Assembly: GCA_033810155.1 (NCBI GenBank)
Contig: JAPXKJ010000001.1
Span: forward strand, 101,376 to 165,375
Length of the DNA stretch: 64,000 bases
Direction: 5' to 3'
From: Bacillota bacterium
Lineage (GTDB): Bacteria; Bacillota; Sulfobacillia; Fermentithermobacillales; Fermentithermobacillaceae
Shown: positions 58,079 through 64,000 of the stretch, piece after piece
Numbering within the stretch: the first letter of the stretch is position 1
Layout of the letters: every line of letters starts with the position of its first letter
The notes under the pieces: model-generated
What the model saw: the letters and a program-made list of their open reading frames with translations, nothing else
The model's database searches: none
What the model was told of the DNA's origin: nothing
Translations under genes and position numbers: made by a program

Positions 58079-59722
58079 ATGAAACAACCTATCAAAGCCC
58101 CTAGGGGTAATACGCTAACCTGCAAAGGATGGCAACAGGAAGCTGCGCTCCGAATGTTGATGAATAACCTCGAAAATGCAGAAAAACCCGAGGAACTCAT
58201 AGTCTATGGTGGCACGGGAAAAGCTGCTAGAAATTGGGAATGCTACGAAGCGATAGTGAAAGCGCTTCAGGAGCTTGAAGACGATGAAACCCTATTGGTT
58301 CAATCCGGAAAGCCGGTAGCGGTTTTCCCAACCCACAAATATGCCCCTAGGGTTCTCATCTCAAATGCAATGTTGGTCCCTCACTGGGCCACATGGGAGA
58401 ATTTCTGGGAATTGGAAGAAAAAGGTCTGACCATGTACGGCCAAATGACTGCGGGAAGTTGGATATACATTGGAACACAGGGTATATTGCAAGGCACTTA
58501 CGAAACCCTGGCATCTTTGGCAAATATGCATTTCGGTGGAAGTCTTAAAGGCAAATTGGTGCTCACTGCAGGATTAGGTGGAATGGGTGGGGCACAGCCT
58601 TTGGCCATTACGATGAACGATGGGGTAGGCATAATTGTAGAAATAGATCCTCTACGCATACGAAAAAGACATGAGATTGGGTACGTAGATGTTATCGCCG
58701 AAAACCTGGATCAAGCCATAGACATCGCGCAAAAGCACCTAGATGCAGGTACACCTATTTCAATAGCTTTGGAAGGAAATGCTTCCGACACTCATTGTGA
58801 GCTTCTAAGTAGGGGTATCATCCCTTCTGTGGTTACTGACCAAACCTCAGCTCATGATGCTCTTAATGGCTATGTACCCGGTGGTATGTCTTTTGACGAG
58901 GCTTTGGCGCTTAGGAAAGAAAACCCCTCTGAATACTTGCGATTGTCAAAAGAATCCATGAAAAGACATTGTCAAGCTATGGTCGAGATGCAGAAACGCG
59001 GTGCCATAGTATTCGACTATGGCAATAACCTGCGAGGTCAGGCCAAAGAGGCCGGATACGAAGAGGCATTCGCCTATCCCGGCTTTGTTCCTGCGTATAT
59101 CAGACCTTTGTTCTGCGAAGGTAAGGGGCCGTTTAGGTGGGCAGCTCTTTCTGGGGATCCGGAAGACATCATCAAGACCGACGAAGCTGTCTTGGAACTT
59201 TTCCCAGAAAACGCCGGTCTAAAGCGTTGGATAACAAAGGCTGAGAAGCATGTGCCCTTTGAAGGACTTCCTTCGAGAGTGTGTTGGCTTGGCTATGGAG
59301 AAAGAGTTAAGTTTGGTCTTAGGATCAACGATATGGTAAGACAGGGCATATTGAAGGCGCCAATTGTAATTGGCAGAGACCATCTAGATACGGGCTCCGT
59401 GGCATCACCCTATCGCGAAACTGAAGGGATGAAGGACGGTTCTGATGCGATCGCGGACTGGCCCATATTGAACGCACTTATAAACGCAGTTAACGGAGCT
59501 ACCTGGATTTCTGTTCACCACGGTGGCGGGGTAGGGATTGGCCTGTCTATACACGCAGGTATGGTTGTGGTTGCAGACGGTACCGACGAAGCAGACTGGA
59601 GACTCTCAAGAGTCCTTAACACAGATCCTGGCACAGGTGTAGTTCGCCACGCTGACGCAGGATATGAAACAGCTATCAAAACTGCCAAAGAGGGGAAAAT
59701 CAAGATACCGATGCTGAAATGA
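58079..59722 (+). CDS. hutU: Urocanate hydratase
   Basis: 547 aa. Conserved urocanase N-terminus ([21 protein letters not shown]) and NAD-binding GGMGGAQP motif. Confidence 0.85.
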   Translation: MKQPIKAPRGNTLTCKGWQQEAALRMLMNNLENAEKPEELIVYGGTGKAARNWECYEAIVKALQELEDDETLLVQSGKPVAVFPTHKYAPRVLISNAMLVPHWATWENFWELEEKGLTMYGQMTAGSWIYIGTQGILQGTYETLASLANMHFGGSLKGKLVLTAGLGGMGGAQPLAITMNDGVGIIVEIDPLRIRKRHEIGYVDVIAENLDQAIDIAQKHLDAGTPISIALEGNASDTHCELLSRGIIPSVVTDQTSAHDALNGYVPGGMSFDEALALRKENPSEYLRLSKESMKRHCQAMVEMQKRGAIVFDYGNNLRGQAKEAGYEEAFAYPGFVPAYIRPLFCEGKGPFRWAALSGDPEDIIKTDEAVLELFPENAGLKRWITKAEKHVPFEGLPSRVCWLGYGERVKFGLRINDMVRQGILKAPIVIGRDHLDTGSVASPYRETEGMKDGSDAIADWPILNALINAVNGATWISVHHGGGVGIGLSIHAGMVVVADGTDEADWRLSRVLNTDPGTGVVRHADAGYETAIKTAKEGKIKIPMLK

Positions 59723-59853
59723 CATGACCTATAGCCTATTTTGCTTGATTGAAGGAAACCTTAACGCACGAGTAGAAGAGTCTTGTGTACTTAGGTAGGT
59801 ATATGCAGGCGAAACTCATTTTAAACGGATATACAAAGGAGGTCTATCTCCTG

Positions 59854-62538
59854 ATGAATGTACGGACGTGGTTTTGGATCATAGTTGGCATCGCTGTCGC
59901 GGTAGCGCTTACAGCATCTGGCGTGGCAACTTTTTATACCAATCTCTTGTGGTTTGAGCAGATGGGCTACGGCTCTGTATTTTGGACTACACTCAAGGCC
60001 AAGTGGGGAGTGGCCTTATTAACAGGGCTATTATTCTTTCTCGCCGTGTTCATCAATTTGCGAATTCCCATTAGAGGGAGAACCACCCTGAATATAACAG
60101 GAGGGGTGGTTACTCCGGTTACCGTACCCGATACAAGAAGGATTACCGTAATAGTCCTCGTGGTTGCGATAATAGTCGGAGTTCTCGGAGGACTTGGAGG
60201 GTTCGCAAACTGGCAGACAGTCTACACGCATTTAAATGCAACAGAATTCGAGGTGGCGGATCCCTTTTTTAGCAAAGATGTTGGATTCTACGTGTTCAAC
60301 CTGCCTTTTCATGAATTCATCCAGGATCAATTGTTGATTGCGTTCGTAATTGCACTCATATTCTCCGCTTTTCTTTACTATTTGTTCGGAGATCTGCGTT
60401 TTGCAAATAGAAGGCTGTCGATGACAAAGAAAGCGCGTGCCCACATATCGGTTCTTGCTGCCGTACTGTTCGCCTTACAGGCTTGGCAGTATCAGATCGA
60501 TATTTGGAATCTAATGTACTCCCCCAGAGGCGCAGCCTTTGGAGCTTCTTACACTGATATCCACGCCCAGGTCCCTGCCTATAAAGTTCTTATCGTTGTA
60601 GCGCTAGCCGGAGTTTTCCTTTCATTGCTCGGGCTAGTGATGCGCAATTTCAGATGGGTAGGTTACGCAGTTATAGGGATTGTTGTAGTGTCTATCGCTC
60701 TTGGATCCGCATATCCTTCGTTTGTGCAGCAATTTACAGTTTCGCCTAATGAAATTGCCTACGAAATACCATATATCGAAACAAATATCAAGTTTACGCG
60801 AAATGCTTTCGGACTCGATAACATCAAAATCGTGGACTATCCTGCGGAAGACGTTCTTACTAAAGAGGACGTGCTTAGCAATATGAATAGCATTGATAAC
60901 TTAAGGCTGTGGGATCACAGGGTGTTAAAAGATACCTTCAGTCAAGTGCAAGAGATAAGAATGTACTACAAATTCAACGATGTTGACATAGACAGATACG
61001 TCGTAAACGGTAATCTCCGCCAGGTTGCTCTTTCACCGAGGGAACTAGATATCAATCTTCTTCCGCAAGAAGCCAAGACTTGGGTAAATCTGCACCTGAA
61101 GTACACGCATGGATACGGACTAGTAATGAGCCCTGTACGTGATGTAACCAAAGAAGGCATGCCCGCCTTTTACTTTATGGACGTACCGCCAAGAACCACT
61201 ACGGATCTCGTCGTAAATCGCCCTGAACTGTATTTCGGAGAATTGACTAACCATTACATTATAGTAAACACTAAAGAACCCGAATTTGACTATCCGCGAT
61301 TGGATGCAGAGATCATTGAACCTACCTTCTACGAAGGCACGGCAGGTATTCCTCTAGACGGTTTTTTCCGAAAATTGGCCTTCGCTCTGCGGTTTACTGA
61401 TTACCAAATACTAGTATCCGGTGCAGTCACACCGGATTCGCGAGTTATGATGAATCGGAACATAATCGACATTGTGCAAACTATCGCACCTTTCCTAGAG
61501 TACGATAACGATCCGTATCTGGTTTTGGCTGACGGCAATCTCTATTGGGTTATTGACGGTTATACAGTTTCTACAAAGTACCCTTACAGCCAACCTGACA
61601 GTGTAACTGGAGTGAATTATATACGGAATTCGGTTAAGGTAGTCATTGACGCATACAATGGCCACACTACGTTCTATTGTGCCGATGAGGAAGACCCAAT
61701 CCTTAGCACTTACCGGAAAATATTCCCTGATCTCGTGACTTCTATTGAGGAAATGCCAGGGCAAATACTCGAACATATTCGTTTCCCAGAGGATATGTTC
61801 AAAATACAAGCGAGGATGTTTACAACCTATCATATGACCGATCCGAGGGTATATTACAATAAAGAAGACTACTGGGAAATACCTAAGGAGATGTACGGGA
61901 CGCAAGAAGTCAACGTTGAACCTTATTACCTTCTCCTGGCCCTTCCCTATGAAAGCGAACTTGAGTATGTTCAAATGCTGCCGTTTACTCCTCGAGGCAA
62001 GCCAAATATGACCGCCTGGTTAGCCGGACGGTGCAATCCTGAGCATTATGGAGAAATGCTGCTATACAGATTGCCCAAAGATAAGCACGTGCCCGGACCG
62101 ATGCAAGTAGAATCGCTGATATCGCAAAACCCCAGCATTTCAGAAGCTATGACTCTGTGGGGCCAGATAGGTTCGCAAGTAATCAGGGGAAACCTGCTTG
62201 TCCTACCAATGGACGGTTCATTCCTCTATGTAGAACCCCTATATATCCAAGCGGAAAAAGTGAAGATTCCGGAGCTCAAAAGGGTACTCATGTATGCTAG
62301 CGGCAAGGTAGTAATGGCCAATACGGTTGAAGAAGGGTTGAATCAGCTGTTAGGGACTATAGTGCAACCTACTCCAGGCGAAGAGGGCGGAGTTCATGAC
62401 ATACCCGGCTTAATAAAACGTGCCAACGAGTTGTGGCTGGAAGCGCAGGAGCGCATAAAAAATGGCGACTGGGCTGGATATGGTGAGGTCCTTCAAGAAC
62501 TAGGCAGAGTTCTTGAAGAATTGCAGCAGTTACAGTAG
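59854..62538 (+). CDS. UPF0182 family large membrane protein
   Basis: About 894 aa from ATG 59854 (RBS AAAGGAGG). N-terminal multi-TM region plus large extracytoplasmic domain. Confidence 0.65.
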   Translation: MNVRTWFWIIVGIAVAVALTASGVATFYTNLLWFEQMGYGSVFWTTLKAKWGVALLTGLLFFLAVFINLRIPIRGRTTLNITGGVVTPVTVPDTRRITVIVLVVAIIVGVLGGLGGFANWQTVYTHLNATEFEVADPFFSKDVGFYVFNLPFHEFIQDQLLIAFVIALIFSAFLYYLFGDLRFANRRLSMTKKARAHISVLAAVLFALQAWQYQIDIWNLMYSPRGAAFGASYTDIHAQVPAYKVLIVVALAGVFLSLLGLVMRNFRWVGYAVIGIVVVSIALGSAYPSFVQQFTVSPNEIAYEIPYIETNIKFTRNAFGLDNIKIVDYPAEDVLTKEDVLSNMNSIDNLRLWDHRVLKDTFSQVQEIRMYYKFNDVDIDRYVVNGNLRQVALSPRELDINLLPQEAKTWVNLHLKYTHGYGLVMSPVRDVTKEGMPAFYFMDVPPRTTTDLVVNRPELYFGELTNHYIIVNTKEPEFDYPRLDAEIIEPTFYEGTAGIPLDGFFRKLAFALRFTDYQILVSGAVTPDSRVMMNRNIIDIVQTIAPFLEYDNDPYLVLADGNLYWVIDGYTVSTKYPYSQPDSVTGVNYIRNSVKVVIDAYNGHTTFYCADEEDPILSTYRKIFPDLVTSIEEMPGQILEHIRFPEDMFKIQARMFTTYHMTDPRVYYNKEDYWEIPKEMYGTQEVNVEPYYLLLALPYESELEYVQMLPFTPRGKPNMTAWLAGRCNPEHYGEMLLYRLPKDKHVPGPMQVESLISQNPSISEAMTLWGQIGSQVIRGNLLVLPMDGSFLYVEPLYIQAEKVKIPELKRVLMYASGKVVMANTVEEGLNQLLGTIVQPTPGEEGGVHDIPGLIKRANELWLEAQERIKNGDWAGYGEVLQELGRVLEELQQLQ

Positions 62539-62550
62539 AAGCACAAGGAG

Positions 62551-63888
62551 ATGCAAAAAGTGTCTGACATAAACGCTAACACAGATGAGATCATTCATAA
62601 CACCTCAGTAAACATGATAGGGGCCTACGAGGACCGCTTGGTACGTCTAAAGGGATGGTTATACAACAAGCGCTCCTCAGGTAAGATCATATTCATCATC
62701 TTAAGGGACGGTACCGGGCTCATTCAGTGCGTTGCCTCAGCAAATGACATAGGCCAGGAAGCCTTCGACAAACTAGATAAGCTCAACCAAGAGTCTTCCC
62801 TTGTGGTTGAAGGCATCGTTAGGAAGGATTCTCGTGCACCAGGTGGTTATGAGTTAGGCATTACTCATTACGATATCATCTCAGAAGCTTTTGACGATTA
62901 TCCAATCACGTTAAAAGAACACGGTGTCGAATTCCTTCTCGATAACCGACACCTCTGGATAAGGACTCCGCGGCAAAGATCTATCCTTGCCATAAGGGCA
63001 CAGATAATTAGGTCTTGTCGCCAATTCCTGGATAACGAAGGCTTTGTGAACGTAGACGCGCCAATTCTCACTCCCTCAGCTTGTGAAGGCACAACTACTC
63101 TTTTTTCCACTGACTACTTTGGCGAAAAAGCGTACCTTAGCCAAAGCGGGCAATTATACAACGAGGCCGCCATCGGTGCATTCGGGAAAGTCTACTGCTT
63201 TGGGCCGGCCTTCAGAGCGGAAAAATCGAAGACCCGCCGCCATCTGATTGAATTCTGGATGGTTGAACCCGAAGCGGCATTTATGACTTTTGAAGAAATG
63301 CTGCTCCTAGAGGAACAGATGGTCACATATGTTACAAAACAGGTATTGGAGAACTGCGAAAATGAGTTGGCTGAAATAGGTAGAGATCCCGAAAAGATCG
63401 CCTGCGTGGAGCCGCCTTTCCCACGGCTGACGTATACTGAGGCAGTAAACCTCCTTACAAGCAAGGGAATGGACATTTCCTGGGGTGACGATTTCGGGGC
63501 AGCTGACGAGACAACCATCGCCAACGAGTTCTCCAAACCTGTGTTTGTAACTCACTATCCCACCAAGATAAAGGCGTTTTACATGCAGCCTAGCCCTGGT
63601 GACCCGGAAACCGTGTTGGGAGCAGATCTTCTGGCTCCAGAAGGATACGGAGAAATCATAGGCGGTGGCGAGAGAATACATGACTACGACTTGCTCCTTC
63701 AGAGGATATATGAGCACGGCCTGCCGGTTGAAGATTACGAATGGTACCTGGATTTGCGGAAATATGGGTCTACGCCACATAGCGGTTTTGGTATGGGCAT
63801 AGAGCGAGTAGTGGCGTGGATATGCGGTTTGCCACACGTAAGAGAAACAATCCCTTTCCCAAGAATGCTTACGAGATTAAGACCTTGA
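62551..63888 (+). CDS. asnS: Asparagine--tRNA ligase (class IIb; AspRS cannot be fully excluded)
   Basis: N-terminal OB anticodon-binding domain ([22 protein letters not shown]). Class II motif 2 FRAE...RHL.EFWMVE. 445 aa. Confidence 0.65.
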   Translation: MQKVSDINANTDEIIHNTSVNMIGAYEDRLVRLKGWLYNKRSSGKIIFIILRDGTGLIQCVASANDIGQEAFDKLDKLNQESSLVVEGIVRKDSRAPGGYELGITHYDIISEAFDDYPITLKEHGVEFLLDNRHLWIRTPRQRSILAIRAQIIRSCRQFLDNEGFVNVDAPILTPSACEGTTTLFSTDYFGEKAYLSQSGQLYNEAAIGAFGKVYCFGPAFRAEKSKTRRHLIEFWMVEPEAAFMTFEEMLLLEEQMVTYVTKQVLENCENELAEIGRDPEKIACVEPPFPRLTYTEAVNLLTSKGMDISWGDDFGAADETTIANEFSKPVFVTHYPTKIKAFYMQPSPGDPETVLGADLLAPEGYGEIIGGGERIHDYDLLLQRIYEHGLPVEDYEWYLDLRKYGSTPHSGFGMGIERVVAWICGLPHVRETIPFPRMLTRLRP

Positions 63889-63911
63889 AGACCGAACGGA
63901 AGGTGTAAAGT

Positions 63912-64000
63912 ATGCCCGATGAAAAACTGCGCGAATTAGGGGAAATCCTGAGAGCTCAAAGAGAAAGTCTAGGTTTGACCATCAAAGACGTTGAACAAGA
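63912..64000 (+). CDS. HTH (XRE/RodZ-like) protein, 5' fragment truncated by window end
   Basis: MPDEKLRELGEILRAQRESLGLTIKDVEQ.. is a typical XRE HTH start. Confidence 0.4.
   Translation, partial: MPDEKLRELGEILRAQRESLGLTIKDVEQ

Overview
The window reads as a conserved chromosomal core from a Firmicutes/Clostridia-type bacterium, about 47% GC with Bacillus-like synteny. I found no mobile elements, CRISPR arrays or obvious horizontally acquired islands. All calls are by eye from the translated ORFs and the raw sequence; no searches were run.

Gene content in order:
- **1-5.5 kb:** topA (3' part), xerC/codV, hslV-hslU and codY, in the same order as B. subtilis topA-codV-clpQ-clpY-codY.
- **5.7-27.4 kb:** one long flagellar operon running flgB, flgC, fliE, fliF, fliG, fliH, fliI, fliJ, fliK, flgD, a Firmicutes 'flagellar operon protein', flgE, motA, motB, fliL, fliM, fliN, fliO, fliP, fliQ, fliR, flhB, flhA, a single-domain PilZ protein, the sigma-28 gene fliA, a DUF342/FapA-like protein and a small lysine/serine-rich ORF.
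- **27.6-39.5 kb:** the conserved block rpsB-tsf-pyrH-frr-uppS-cdsA-(YtvI-like AI-2E membrane protein)-dxr-rseP-ispG-polC.
- **39.5-44.6 kb:** a folate-type ECF S component (folT, minus strand), tRNA-Leu(CAG), a DUF523 gene, a D-Ala-D-Ala carboxypeptidase, carbamate kinase and meso-DAP dehydrogenase.
- **44.6-50.3 kb:** a PAS/sigma-54 enhancer-binding protein, tRNA-Leu(GAG), a T-box leader and ileS.
- **50.3-64.0 kb:** the pyrR attenuator and pyrR-pyrB-pyrC-pyrK-pyrD, then rqcH (minus), a YbjN-like ORF, a Cof-type HAD hydrolase, hutU, a UPF0182 membrane protein, asnS and the 5' end of an HTH protein.

Observations most worth a second look:
1. The codY-flgB intergenic region carries a class I (GEMM) c-di-GMP riboswitch followed by tandem terminator hairpins. 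With the PilZ gene in the same operon, this points to two layers of c-di-GMP control of motility.
2. PolC (1136 aa) appears to lack the entire 3'-5' proofreading exonuclease insert. The PHP domain is continuous and no ETTG/DEDD motifs are present.
3. fliO and fliP sit in one reading frame with no intervening stop codon, so they could be translated as a fusion.
4. The operon has no flhF/flhG and no che genes; the PilZ gene occupies the slot after flhA.
5. A THF-riboswitch-like leader lies upstream of folT on the minus strand.
6. A GC-rich, roughly 220-nt structured leader or ncRNA of unknown class sits immediately upstream of tRNA-Leu(CAG).
7. An orphan carbamate kinase and a Ddh-family dehydrogenase lie next to a PAS-containing sigma-54 activator, with no recognisable -24/-12 promoter.
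8. tRNA-Leu(GAG) sits immediately upstream of the ileS T-box with no terminator between them.
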